Counted from the first letter of the stretch, positions 1 through 13,101 are shown. The stretch is DNA of 64,000 nt from Pelomyxa schiedti (GCA_020536535.1 JAHLWZ010000423.1:124001-188000), one strand, 5' to 3'. Numbers and translations: made by a program. The notes: a model not told the origin generated them from the sequence alone.

Positions 1-42
1 GTGGGCCAACGCCAGACCGGAAAAAAAAACGGAACAATAACA

Positions 43-1602
43 ATGGTCCCGCTGCGAGCGCTGCTTGTTTCTTTTATGGTGTTGGTGGGATCTAGATCTG
101 TCGTGTACGGCGACACCAAAAACAACAACAACTGCACGTACAGTGGCTACGGTACTTTCTCCGTGTTAAACAACATGCGAGAAATGACGGTATCGTACAG
201 CGGCGGCAACGTCAGCGTTACCGCGGTGGACTACTGCCTTGGATCGTTGTCGTTTGCCGGAAAACCGCCAGACGGTGCAGACGATTTCTCCTGCGATTAC
301 CCAGGGGCCTCAGGCACAAATGGGTGGACAGTTACATTCTCTGGATACGGCGGCACCATCGTCACTGTGAGCAGGAATTTCACAATGGATGAGTACACCA
401 CGTTCTGCGCCGAGACTGAAGAAACCCCGAGTGGGTATCAGGTATCTACGACTGTATACGAGGAGACCATGCCTTTGGTGACTGGAATTAACCTTGACGG
501 CACGCCAGCTTATGTCACTATTTGGTCTCCTTTCTATGATGTATTGCCAAACCCAACCATACTTTTTGCAAAATTTACATCTCACAGGTCTCGGTACTGC
601 CCTCTTCTACCTCTGCTGTGTTAGAGTGCACTGTGGAAGATTCAGTTGCATGTGGGGCAACAGTAAGTGCTACCCTGGGACTGGCTGGGGAAACAGCAAA
701 TATTAACATAGTCACACAAGTGGTGGCACCTTGGACTTTTGTTGCCATTAATCCAAGCCCGGTAGAAATACCTGCTGACGCTATTTCTGCAGTAGTGCTA
801 GTAACATCTGAAGTCTCTAACTCCCACTCCACGTCACAAGCAAGTGGATTGATCACTGTAGTCCCCCAAAGTGGTTGCAAGGTCTATGGTGAATTGAGTT
901 TCCTGACGTATATCTGCACGGAAGACGAAAATTCTTGCAGTGATGTAGCATTGGATGAAATGCCATCTTTCGCAACAACCATTTTTCTGGACATACCGGA
1001 AAATTGCAGTGAAATGCAAGCCCACGATTCTTCCACCACTCTATACATACGCACAAGTCTTCCTGATGGAACCCCTGCTTATTCAGTTGCAGGGGGAGAT
1101 AGTATGTCATGTGTCCTTTCCCTACATCGGACTAACTCGGAAAAGCCTTGATCATCGAGGAGATCATCACAACATCAGTCAGTGTACCCGATTCGATTTG
1201 CTCTTGTTTAACGGATCTTATGGTCTATGACTGGGCCGGTAACATCGTTGGAGCATATTACCGCATTGAAAACAACACGATGTTTGCGACTAAAAAGCTG
1301 AATTCCACCCCACTGTATAACAAGTTTAGGTTTGCCTAAATCTCTCTTTTCATTCGCTAAGTTTCTCCCACAGCACAATCCTCCCTGCGGACCTTTTCCC
1401 ATCTGACAACGTTGTTTGGCTCCAGGCTACTTGTCAACTCAGCTCAAGTACCCCAGTCTATGGTGTGATATTAATCACTGTGGGGTCTTCAGAGACTACT
1501 GTTGGCTACAAGGCATTCTGGTTACTCCTGGGGGGTGTCGCGGTGCTGACTTTTGTGGCTTATGAGATCAAAACACACAAATCACGCAGCCAGAGGGGAT
1601 GA
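43..1602 (+). CDS. Type I membrane/cell-surface protein of unknown function (4 exons) with internally repeated beta-rich units
   Basis: ATG at 43 is followed by a hydrophobic signal (MVPLRALLVSFMVLVG). ORFs 1-624, 618-1151 and 1148-1339 join through GT-AG introns. The motif DGTPAY occurs twice. The last exon encodes a TM segment (FWLLLGGVAVLTFVAY), a short basic tail and TGA at 1600-1602. Confidence 0.7.
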
Positions 1603-1744
1603 CAGCAATTTGCCCTGCAAATGAATGTAACACTAGTGGCACTCTAAGTTATTCTATTTTCACCAAGGGTGAATGTAAAAAAAAACAATTTATTTTACAC
1701 AATTCGAATGTGTACCCCTCCCACAAAACCACCCACGCCCCCCT

Positions 1745-1922
1745 CCCTCACTAAGTGAGGGTGCTCAGCACAAGAGGTAATGCCCACACAGGAAAGCGAA
1801 TTTCCTTTGCGGAACCAACTTGGGTTCATTCATGGCATTGGTGCTCATAATGACACACTCCTCCTGGTTCTTCTGATGTCCAACAGCATGCATCCACTGT
1901 GTTCGTGCACCGTGTCTTGTGC
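1745..1922. ncRNA. Candidate structured intergenic element F
   Basis: Hairpin CCCTCAC/GTGAGGG (1745-1761). Closing stem GCACAAGA/TCTTGTGC (1768-1775/1915-1922) encloses AATGCC/GGCATT, AGGAAA/TTTCCT and GAACC/GGTTC. Confidence 0.4.
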
Positions 1923-1974
1923 AAATCTTTGGTACACTTTCAATCATTAAGAATCTGTTGGGCTTCCTCTGGTA

Positions 1975-2957
1975 ATGGCAGCCGCGGCGATTACATCTAC
2001 ACCCACGACTACGAGCACCAGCACGAGCACGAGCACGAGCACGAGCGCCAAGAATGGTGGGGTGAGTCAGGGGCCAGATGTAATGATGACAGAAGAAAGA
2101 ACTGGCAGACAACGGTGTGTTGTTGATTTTAGGCGTTACTTCCTTGCTTACTTACAAACCTTAAAAACCCAAGAAAAGGGTGCCTGTGCTACGTGTGTGG
2201 AGGTATTTCTTCTTTACTTTTATTTTCCCCCTGTTGGTGGTTTTCAATCCTACTCGATGTTAGTGTCGCTCGTGATGAAGGAGTCTGACTTGCAATTCGT
2301 GTGACAATAAGGTTTTGGCCATTTGAAGTGTAATATGTGCGAGGGATGCTCCGGACTTGGCCACACGAAACCAGAATGTTCAAATCAAACAACTCCGACT
2401 TGCAGTGAGTGCGGCATTCCTGGCCACCTTTCCCAGTATGACTCTTTTTCTATTGTCTTAATTAGGACTTTCAACTAAACATACCTAACTTGCAGAAATT
2501 GTGTTATATTTCGTTCCGTACAAAGCCCTGTTACAGAAATGTTAGACCTCAGCGCAATCCGAAGAGAATACATGCATCGCCAATCTCCCGGATCCCAACA
2601 GATTCCGCCTCGTTCTGTTTTAGCCCAAGCTTCCACCACGGTACCCAATGTCCTCCAACAAGCGGGTTATGGAGATGGTGGCGCCAGAGGCAGCCGGAGT
2701 AAAGGCACCAACAGGGGTGAACAGGTTTGCTTCAGCTGTGGACAACCTGGCCACCGCCAAGCTCATTGCACCTCCACCGCCGCACCGTTTTGTTACCACT
2801 GCGGTCAGTTTGGTCACGTTCCCCGCGCGTGTGATGTATGTCATGTATGCAAAAACCGAGGACACTATGCCGCAGTAAGCTTCCTTCTTTGTTACCTCTT
2901 GCTAAAAAATGGAAAACAAAAACCACAAAGGAATGTCCTGCCAGGTCATCCCATTGA
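1975..2957 (+). CDS. CCHC zinc-knuckle nucleic-acid-binding protein (CNBP/AIR-like), multi-exon
   Basis: Several CX2CX4HX4C knuckles: CEGCSGLGHTKPEC, CSECGIPGH, CFSCGQPGHRQAHC, CYHCGQFGHVPRAC and CHVCKNRGHYAA|EC. The last is completed by splicing, followed by stop TGA at 2955-2957. Confidence 0.8.
2011..2046. repeat. (ACGAGC)n hexamer repeat encoding a Thr-Ser tract
   Basis: Tandem ACGAGC units visible in exon 1 of the zinc-knuckle gene. Confidence 0.8.
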
Positions 2958-3036
2958 CATTCTTTGTGAAAAGGAAAAAAAAACCAAAAGTGGTGTACAT
3001 TTTGTAGTGAGGATTCTCTTTTTGTTATTTTTATTT

Positions 3037-4761
3037 CTATGAATGATCCTGGCCGTCTGGCATGTCGCTGTCCTTTTTATTCTGGTCTTTTTTGTCTTGT
3101 GGGGCAGTGTCATTTTGTTGTTGCTTTTGTAGAGATGCTATTACTTCCTGAATTTGGGGATCACTGGGGTCAACACCAGGCAAGGAGGCAAGGAGGGAGT
3201 TGACATCTTGGGGGAGCTCAAGGCCCGTCTGATTCCCCTGTGACACTAGTAAGTATTTCATCGAGAATCGTGCAATACACACTTGGTTGGGTTGCTGGTT
3301 TGGCTGTGTTTGAGTCGGCTCCTGAGAGAAAAGTGAAACATCCTCGCCAAGTGATAATTTCATTGCCAGTATCTCATCGTCGTTCATATCCTCTGGTGGA
3401 GGCACGGATGTTGTTGGTGGGGCTTGTGTTAATGCCTACTAGGGGTAAGTGAAATCTCAAATGGCAAATAGGTACTGGGTTTTGTTGGGTTGAGGCATTA
3501 AAATCGGCTCTTGATAAAAGCATAGCTTGTCTTAGCTCCTCGTCATCATCTTCAGAATCTTGAGGTACAGGGGGAGGAGGAGCTGCCGCTACAGGCAACA
3601 TATGAGAAAGTTTCTGCGAAATCTAGTGTTACACACGTTTTTGTGAGGCTGGGGCAGCACGTTCCATGTCTCGCTGATAATCTAATAGTGATTCTCTTAA
3701 GGCCTGCAAAAATTTAAGTGACAACGGGGTAAAAGGGGAAATGGAAACCTCAGCAAATTCAGGATCATTGTTAGCATCAACTGCCATCGAAGGTGCCTCC
3801 CCAGGAACAACACCTTCGGGATGTATTATAGGTGATATGGCAAGAAGATCGGAAAGAATGTGAGGCCCAGGGGGGATTGGCACAAGGTGACTAACAACAT
3901 AAGGGTATTTACTGGGAGATATTTGACACAGACCTTGCTGCTGTTCCCTCTTTATTTACGTTTTCTATAAATTTTTCAAGTTTTTCTGTGTTGGCTTCTA
4001 GTTCTCCAAAATTGACAATGTCTACACTCACGTTTGACATTCTCAGTTGCTTGGCTACCACAATAAGCTCCTTGAAGGGAAAAGGATATTAAATTTTACG
4101 TTACAATGAAGGGGGAGAACTTCAGTTGTCTGCTTTAGAGGTGAACCAACAAAGGCAACTATTCTCTGATTTTGCTCCTTTGGCATTCTGTGCCTCAGTA
4201 CAAGCTTTGGTATGTGAACATAAAGGAACCAAAAATTCGTGTCGTGATTACCACTGCAGTTTTTAGAGCAGACACGAGATCAGACGTACCAGAAACTTCA
4301 ATTCCGTGCGTTGCGTTCAGCATTTTCCCAGCATCGTTTGTTAGTGAAAGGAGTACCCTGACACTGTGACATACGTAAGCAAAAAACTAATAACTATTAA
4401 CAACATACCCAGATGTGCCTCCCATTGTGACAATAGCACAAGTGTTATCATTGTGCTTGCCCGTCTTCGCACCTTAAATACGAATATTGAGTCGTCACAA
4501 CGTGCTATGCGAGGAGAAAAAACCATACCACAAATGATGTTAGCGGCATCTACCTGCGCTTCCATTCGCGACGGTGTGTAATCTCCATTTCTTGCCCACT
4601 CGGAGTTGTCCAAACTACAATGCCGTCAATCGGCCGCCATGATAGCACAGCCACAAACACGTAAATCTACGTAGATCTACTGTCGATCTACGGACGTACA
4701 TAACAACAGTAGCCTCGACACTGGACTTTGCCGGTGCTTCGCCTTTGGGCTTAGCTGCCAT
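3037..4761 (-). CDS. RPN10: 26S proteasome regulatory subunit Rpn10/PSMD4 (vWA + UIMs)
   Basis: Spliced N-terminus EATVVI-LDNSEWARNGDYTPSRMEAQVDA; HLVPIPPGPHILSDLL; UIM-like DPEFAEALRESL and DEELRQAMLLS; C-terminal LLASLPGVDPSDP. Confidence 0.95.
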
Positions 4762-4843
4762 CGTCTTCTGTGTGATAAAACCTAATTTTTATTTTGTTGT
4801 TGACTGAATTGGAGGAAAGTGAATCAATTCATTCGAAACTGAT

Positions 4844-4952
4844 CGACCTTTCCACTTGAGGGTTCTGCCCTCTGCTCTGGGATTGTTCCTGAGCATCTGC
4901 CAGGTACCGGGACTCGCAATCTCTCACAGATTTGTGAGATCCGCAGAGGTCG
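4844..4952. ncRNA. Candidate structured intergenic element D
   Basis: Closing stem CGACCTTT/AGAGGTCG encloses hairpins GAGGG/CCCTC, TGCTC-GGGA/TTCC-GAGCA and TCTCACA/TGTGAGA. Confidence 0.4.
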
Positions 4953-5067
4953 TCCTGACCTTCCGTATTTGTCGTTGTACGTTTCATCACCACTCGCAGG
5001 GAAAGATGCCACACACAGAAAAGTTTTTTTTTTCTGTGCCTTGCAGTCCGCAATAAAAATAAACAAG

Positions 5068-8000
5068 ATGACCACCGACCCGTGCAAGGCACAACATGCC
5101 GTACCAGCGACAACAACCCATCAGTTTAGATCTCAGACACTTCGGCCACTTCCCTCTGTTACAAGCGTAACAGTGTCATCAACTCCATCTGCACCTACAT
5201 CTACCTCACCGCCACCCAACACGAATACTACTAGTCCTTCCAGCAGCGGTGCTGCTGAGGCTCAGCCTGCCGAAACCCCAACGTCACCATCACTGGCACG
5301 AAAATTGGTGCACGTAAAGGCAAATAGCACGAGCACCACGGTAGGGGTATCAACGGCGCGTGCGCTGCCTATGCCCCCAAAGGCTCATTCATTGTCTTCG
5401 ACTTTGAGAGCCAGGCCAACACCTCCACTAACAAAACCACCAACAAGTATTTTAACAACACCCCCCATTTCTAAAATTAATAGTACAACACCAAAACCAC
5501 TCACTACAAACACAACGTCATCCACTCAAAACCTGACACCATCAAATTTAACACATTCACCAAACCCAGTCACAACAAGAGCACTACCAAATCCACAAAA
5601 CTATACTCCCACGAAGTCAACCATCCCATGTTCTCCCACACCAACTTCTTCCAATTCTGGTAATACGTGTAATGCTACAACAAACCCTTCCAAGTCTTCA
5701 GCCTCAGCTGAAACCGTAGTAAATAATCCAACAGCACCTTCTTCAAACGGTGGGTGTGTGACAAGCTGTAATTCTACAACAACATCGTCATTTGTGCGAT
5801 CAACAAGAACTGCTCCGGCAAGTCGTGGTTTGAGTGATTCCAAGGTACCAGCAATGGTCAGTGTACATCGCACAGCTCAATCATCACTAAGTCAGCCACA
5901 AACAAACTCCTGCAGTCCTCTTGAGGGTGATGGCAGTACCAATTTGGACTCTGCATCAAATACCAATCACACCAACAGTGAAAACCCTGATGAAAAAATG
6001 GGGGTGCCACAGAATGGAGCTGAATTGGGCAAGTCGACTGATATTTTACGAACTTCCTCTCCTTCATTAAACCCAGAGTCACCGGATAGGCTAGATAAAT
6101 CGTACATTCTATTCTCAACTGAACAAATCACTTTGCATGATCATCACACTGAAGGCAATTCTATCCCTAATAAAAATAAGTGTTGTGGAACAAAATGGAT
6201 TAGTTAAACTAGCCACTGTCGATGGTCTAGTGGCTAGGTTAACATCAGAAACCTATGCTGAAGATCCCCACTTGATGCTCCATTTCTTATTAACACACAA
6301 TGGGCATACACCACCTACCAGGCTACTGGAGCTTCTTATAGCAAGGTTTTTGAGAAATATCAAGCTACATGGCCATTATTCCCATTTCTCTCAATTAGGT
6401 ACAATCTCCAACCGAAATCTCCACCAGCAGATATGGACTTATGGATAAAAAACGTTTTGACACCAATACGTCTCAGGTTGCCCTGTTTTCCTTGATTTCA
6501 AATCTCATTGTCACAAAGAGTGTTTAACGTTTTGAGAACTTGGATAGAGCGACTCTGGAACAGTAGTACCCAGCCAGAACTGATAACCCGAGTGAGAGAC
6601 TTTCTTACCGAAGCGTCATCTGTTATGAAAAACCCTGCTGAAAGAGTCTTGTACTCACTAAATCGAGCTGTATGCTGTGCTAAATAGTGGAAAAACCCTG
6701 AAGAACTGACAGATTACTGGTGAAGAGGCGAAGAAACAGATAGTATTTGATAGATCACCTCCAATATCCCTTCTCCCTCTTGATATGGCCCTTGGCCAGA
6801 AATATACTGCTGCCTCTTTTTCTGTCCATAATTTACATGTACTCCACAAGATTTTCAAAATCTTGCTCACTGGAAAAAAATCACCAAGATGAAAGAGATA
6901 GCAAGACAAATGACACTCATAGAACAAAGTATTTATTGCGCTATTAAACCCTGGGAACTCATTGGCCTTGCATGGACCAAAAAGGAGAAAACCCTTGCCC
7001 CTAATGTGTCCAAAATGATTCAACACTTTAACAGGGTATCCAATTCCTTTCAAGCTTCATTTTTTCCCTAAAAGAAATGTAGATTAGCAAGTGGGTTTTC
7101 GAAGAGGTTACTGCAGCCGACAATCTTCCCTCTCGTATTAGAATTTTGGAGCGTTTCATTGAATTAGCTGATGTAGACTCTACCACCGTTAACTTTGCGT
7201 TTCTCAAATAAACTACAGTACCTTGAACAACTGCAAAACTATAATGCTTTGATGGAAATTATTGCTGGCCTCACCAATAGCATTGTCTTCAGATTGAAGA
7301 AAACTTGGGGGGTCTGTCAGCGGCCTTAAAGTAAATAACCTTACAGTCTTGCAGGGGATTTCACAGTGGCACAGTCATGTATTCGAAGCCTGCAAACACT
7401 TAATGGAAACTACAAAAAATAATGCTCGTCTGAGACAGAAACTCCACACTATCTACCCTGTAAATGTCCCACGTTTTTCTACTTCCCCTTCCATTTTTAC
7501 CTTGTCATTTGCAGCCATGTATCCCATACCTTGGAATCTACCTCACTGACTTGACTTTTATTGGTTCCAGTTCTTTCAAGTCTTCTTCTTTTAATTTACG
7601 AATAGAGGAAGGAAACTCGACCATGATTGAAGATAAAGTCAATTTTTACAAATGTCGTCTTCAAGTGAGGTTTTTCAACGACGGTGAGAACTAAATCTTT
7701 GGGCAGGCTAATGTTATACTTGAAGTTCAACAATATCAACAAGCACCTTATTGCCTTGAAAATGTACCTCTTTTGGCCGAGTGGATACTTTCACAAGGAA
7801 ATGCATCAACAGAGGAGCTATGCTATCAAAAATCATGCTTGTAGAACGTGGAAATATCTTGGGAATTGCTTACTCTTAAAAGACTAGAGCCAAAAGAGCC
7901 CTCCTTGGAAGAACCTCAAGCAGATACTACACCACCATTGCCCCTTTCAAATGATGTACAATTATTACTTCTTTACCCGGGGGAATTGGAACCATCCCAA

Positions 8001-11000
8001 GTAACTGTATGTCAAACTTTGACTATTGGGGAAGTAATGCGGTAAGAAAATGCAAAATCTTTAAAACAAGCAAATTCTTGTTTAACGAGTTCTGTTTAGT
8101 TCAGTACTGGACAGATGGGCAAAGACAAGCCAAAACCCAAATAGCTACACAAAACACTTCTTGGACAATATGAGCAAAGTCTCATTCTCATTAATAGCAC
8201 CCACATCAAGAACTCAGCCAGGGTTTATGGTAGCTGACTGTCAACTCCTCAGTGACTTGCTTATGAGCCAACCAAATTTTTCGAAAAAAGGGGTATGTTA
8301 TTCGACTTTTATGTTTCTGCCTTCTACTGAATTACAGGGTAACTATTTCGCCATTCTTACATCTCAAACATTTGTCAGCACAGCCTTTGTCTCTTCGGAT
8401 ACCTGCACAACAGCAGGTATGATTGCCAGTTTCACGTAATTATAACTTCATCAGTAACGGTCATCGACGGAAATGCCCCACTCCTATTAATGGAGCCTCT
8501 TTTTTCCACTGCTTTTGAAACAACCTCAGAACTAGTCTTCCTTTTCTATGAAGCTGGCTCGTTGGGTAAGTTTGCGCTCTTAAGTCAAATTCCAAACCTA
8601 TTTTGTAGTAAAGTGGCTCAATGGAAATCTCTCTTATAATGCGCACAAGCTTCCTAGCAATGGCCTGCTAATAGTGATGCCACTTGACCAAGTTGTTGTA
8701 AGTGCATACCACTTCTTTTATTGTTCTGCCCTATTCCTTTCAGAGACCAGACACGGAAGAGCAAATAAGAAATCGCACACAAATCCTCCACTCGGTATAA
8801 GACCCTGAATTTCCATACTTTTAACAGCCAACCTTTCCAGACTGAAGGAGCCTTGTGTGGTTACATGAACAAATTCGAAGCTCGATTCCATAGCTACACT
8901 TTCAAACCTGTTCAGGTGGAGTTGCAACCTAGAGTACGGAAGACTCAGGCTTTCACTAAAGAAAAAAGGAGGTGGCTTGTTGCCATTGACTCCTTCCTTC
9001 TGTATTACTCTGACATCCAGGTTGGGATGAAGAAAAACAAACAATACTCACGTACATTAGAGTCCAGCTCCTAAAAGAGTCATGGCTCTCCAGGCTTATG
9101 ACGTTCTTTTAGTACGAGATAATTCACAGTTATGCATCATGTTGAAACGGAACGTACAACGCACCAAAGAAGAGAAACCCTTTGTGGTACAATAGAATTT
9201 CCCTCATCCTTTTGATACTCTCACAGATAGCTGCACCTCAAGAAGAACAAACAAGACAATGGTTTGCTGTTCTATATACTAAGGTGATCCCCAATTTTCC
9301 TTCTCAACATTAAAATCTCATCCTATTTACTCATTGCCTTTCAGTCTAGAGTGAATGGTACGATTTTGTGAAGCTTTTCCAAAATTAATCCGAAGTAGAA
9401 CGTACAAGACAGTTTGGAGTTGAGATGAAAGTAATCGCCTCACGACCTGGACAGAAATTAGTCCCTCCTGTTATGTGTGAAGTGCTAAATTTCTTGTACC
9501 TTCGAGGTTTTTTTCCACAAAATAGTTGATGAGTTTAACACTACCCAGCCGTAGCCAATGATAAGCTCTTTTCTCAGGAGGGCAACCACATGATTCTGGA
9601 AAAGCTGAAATCTCAATTTGATTCAGGTTTTTAAGATCAAATATCAGCTCAGAAGTTTATTAAACTCATCTTCGAAAGGCCAATCCCTGGACCCCTTTTT
9701 TACTGATTACATCACTTTGGGAGAAGTAGTAAAGTTGTATCTGGCAGAATTACCAGAACCCCTTCTCACAACCTCTTTGTATCCAAAATTCGCTAAAATA
9801 GGAGAGATGACACTTTCACGTATTCTCTTACATACATCTGACTCAACCAACAATCAACCAGACGCAAATGCTGTTGGAGAGACGGAAGTATTAGCACTTA
9901 AAACACTGGTTCAACAGCTTCCATCTCCAAATAGCGCAGTACTAACTTATGTACTTGCATTTCTCCGCTATTGGAGTTGTGAGTCTGGGCTGGATATCCC
10001 CAAAGTACATTTAACATTTACGATCTAAACTTGATAATATGGGGATAGGTAGCCGCAATCTTTGGTCCCTACTTGCTACGTCCTACAGTAGATACTGACT
10101 CACATACACCCCCTGATACTCCAGGCTTAATAACATGTATAACTGTGCTGTTACTTAAATTTCAAGATAAGGTACTGCATTCCAAACGAAGGGATAAAGC
10201 GTAACATGCCTTCACAAAGATATGTAAGATGGAATCAGAAATGGTCCCCGCATTCCAAGAAACAATTGCCAGGGAAGTTCGCACTGAACCAGAATCGATC
10301 CATATTCTTTCCACAGACTTCCAGAATGTGTTTTTCCTCCTTCGAATTAAATTTCTAAATAGTACCTTTACAGGACATTGTGACAATGGTGAAAGAGGCT
10401 CAGGTTACTGGGCATTCCAAGAAGATCCGAGCACGTAGTTCGTCATCGCACGCAAAGCCGGTACCTCCTGACGGTGTGGAGTTCCCAATTTTTCCCATAA
10501 CTTATATCAATTCCCTTCCTGAAAAGAACCCGCTTCTGACGGCGCAGCATCAACAAATTCTCCAACAGTCACGAAGTCAGGTATGAGAACGAGTACTTCT
10601 TTGTAAATATTATAATAGTTTCAATTTCTCATTTCTATTCGAAAGTGAAAAGAAGTAGCCAAGATGGCGACAATGGTGCTTCACTTACTAAATCAACAAC
10701 TTCAAGCGACTCTAGTACCCATGCACTTGATAAGGGTACAGTGAGTGCATCAAACGATCCCTCTCATAATAACACCACAAAACCAGTCAGCAATCCATTG
10801 CTGGCGCCACCCAATACTTCCAAAGCTGGAACTACATCCAGCACCACATTGCAGACTTCATCACCCGCAGTTGTACGGAAAAATACAACAGTCAGTTCCC
10901 CACAGCCTTCCATCCCCGTGAGGAAGGTTGCATCAGTTTCCTCACCACCTCCCACAACAAACCCACCACGCCCTGTTCCAGTTGCCACAGTATCACACCC

Positions 11001-11205
11001 ACCAGTCAACGCAATCTCCACCAGGAGCAACACACCTCCCACCACAACAAATGCAAACACTACCAATCCCCGAGATGCAAATACAGCTGGCAACACCGGC
11101 ACTAACACTAACACCACCAACAGCCGCAACAATCGCAGCCCATCACCATCACCAACACTAAACCACAATATCACCTCACCACTGTCACAGCCTGGAAAGC
11201 ACTAG
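5068..11205 (+). CDS. Multidomain RasGEF: S/T/P-rich N-terminus, REM, CDC25 GEF, PH, RhoGAP-like domain and low-complexity tail (many introns)
   Basis: REM VKLATVDGLVARL; CDC25 EIARQMTLIE and PCIPYLGIYLTDLTFI; PH CGYMNK..KRRWLVAIDSFLLYY; RhoGAP VKLYLAELPEPLLT and VAAIFGPYLLRP. The many introns I checked join in frame with GT-AG boundaries. Confidence 0.85.
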
Positions 11206-11318
11206 CTCTCCTTCCATCGCAGTGTTGTGTGTACTTACTACCCCATAAACTATACACCCAAAAACACCCTAACCCCATTGTACCCAAACAAAACTTAAAC
11301 AACAAAATTTTGGTACCT

Positions 11319-11417
11319 AGTCTTCACTCTAAAGTGCAAGACTCTATCAACGAACCTTTCTTTGTGTCAGTGAGAGGTGGATCAGCAGTTGCACTCCAGA
11401 GTTCGAGGAGATTGATC
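11319..11417. ncRNA. Candidate structured intergenic element G
   Basis: Three consecutive hairpins: AGTCTT-CACT/AGTG-C-AAGACT, ACCTTTC/GAGAGGT and GATCAG..CTCC/GGAG..TTGATC. Confidence 0.35.
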
Positions 11418-11438
11418 AGATTAAAAAAAGGAACAGTG

Positions 11439-13101
11439 ATGACCGCGGACGTTTCAGGAATTGAGGGGAGCCTCACAGACGACCTACTGACCAGAGTCCT
11501 GGAATACACTGGCCCCAAATTAAGGGCTACTGCCAGAGCTGTCAACAAAAGGTTTTTTCTTTTTTCCTTTTTTCTTTTTTTTTTTTTTCCCCCCTGTGAC
11601 TTTGAGTGTTAAGTGCCTCCACACAACAAAAGATGGAGGAACGTGGCAAGTTGCTATCGACTTTGGAGGTCGATAAGACTTTCAAGGGTAGATGACAACA
11701 GAGTGGTATGGACATGTGCTTACCTTTTTCGTTCGTTCGGCTCTTGTTTCTTTTCCTTTCCTTTTGCTTTTGCTTTTTACCTCAACCCAGAACCGTTTTG
11801 CTCATGCCCCTTATCTGAAAACGCTCAAAAGTGCATCATTTGGAAAGTGCTTCTTGTCTGACATTGGCATGCAGACCCTGGCTGCTTGCTGCCCTCAAAT
11901 AGTTAACATAAATGTGTGCCCCCAGCACCAAGGCATTTTTTTCCCCAAGTATTCTATCCACAGCTGACTCAAGTAATGTAGTTCCGAGAGCTTCTGCATG
12001 CTACTGATGATGGAATAATAACCTTCATACATGCTTTACCACGTCTTCAATCATTCAAGTTGCGTAGTGAACATATCACCAACAGGAGTGTCACTGAGCT
12101 CATTCTTAAGTGTCCTTTATTAGAGACACTCGAACTCGCTCAGTGCCCGAGCCTCACAAGCCTTGCACTGGCCTCCCTTGCCACTCATCCCGCACCTTCT
12201 CTCCGAGCAGTCAATCTCTCCTTTTGCAATATGGACGATCTTTCTGTGGAATACCTTACAAAATGTCCAGCACTCAAGGTGCTAAATCTTAGTGCAACAA
12301 TGCTGACACCTTTCGGGACAGCAATACTGGCTGACTCCCTTCATTTTTGGCCCAAATTGGATACACTCTTTATTAATTGTCTTCCTGTTGAAAATATTTC
12401 ACAGTATCGTCACCTGATGTTTTTTTCCCCAGCTTACACTTTCCTCTCTAAGACACATCACATTGCATGGGCAGCAAGTCAGACAACTAAGCTTAGCATT
12501 CACTACAACACTCGAAAGTTATGGTATGTGCGGAAATGTACTTAGTCATAAAAGACATCTTACTGTACCCAAGATGTTGTTCAACTTGCTAGCCACAGAC
12601 TCAAATCTCTTATTATATCAGGAAGCCACATTTCTGATAGTGCACTACAACAACTCACTGTCAACTGTCCAAACCTAGAAACTCTTGTATATTTTTCTCC
12701 TTTTCTGAAACTCTCACAAAAAACCAACACAGCACCTTGACTGTTGCTCCAATGTTTCAGATGCCGGCGTAATTCACCTAGCATCACTCCGTCTGCGCTC
12801 ACTTGTTCTAGACTGCTGTTCAGTAACCGATGCCAGCATAGTTCCAGTAGTAACGGCTTCTCAAGCCTGGTTATGCAATTTGAGTCTGAATGATTGTGCT
12901 ATAACTGACTTGACCGCGAATGCAATTTGCAACTGCAGAAACCTTGCCTCCCTCACTCTTTCTGGTTGCAAGGGAATTTCATTACAAGCACTAGGTCAGA
13001 TCATAAATACTTCCTTCCACACCCTCAGGATACTGGACGTGACATCCTGTGCAAAAAAAAACTTCATGGAAATACCCTCTTGTGTGAAAGTGAAATGGTA
13101 A
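11439..13101 (+). CDS. F-box/LRR-repeat protein (FBXL-like)
   Basis: F-box LTDDLLTRVLEY..ARAVNKRWRNVA..LWRSI; Cys-containing LRRs (CPLLETLELAQCPSLT, CRNLASLTLSGCKGIS). Confidence 0.85.

Noticed and set aside
1975-2957. CCHC knuckles as a retrotransposon Gag remnant
   Set aside because: The gene has introns, and there is no adjacent protease, RT, integrase or LTR.
4660-4700. Palindromic GTAGATCTAC / ATCTAC repeats
   Set aside because: They lie within RPN10 intron 1, are short, and show no TIR/TSD pattern or second copy.
4890-11400. U1-like words: TACCTGGCAG (minus, about 4897-4906) and TTGCACTCC (about 11389-11397)
   Set aside because: They fall in different elements, without ATACTTACCTG, the 70K loop or a correctly placed Sm site.
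11395-11412. GTTCGA as a tRNA T-loop
   Set aside because: No cloverleaf, D-arm or acceptor stem can be built around it.
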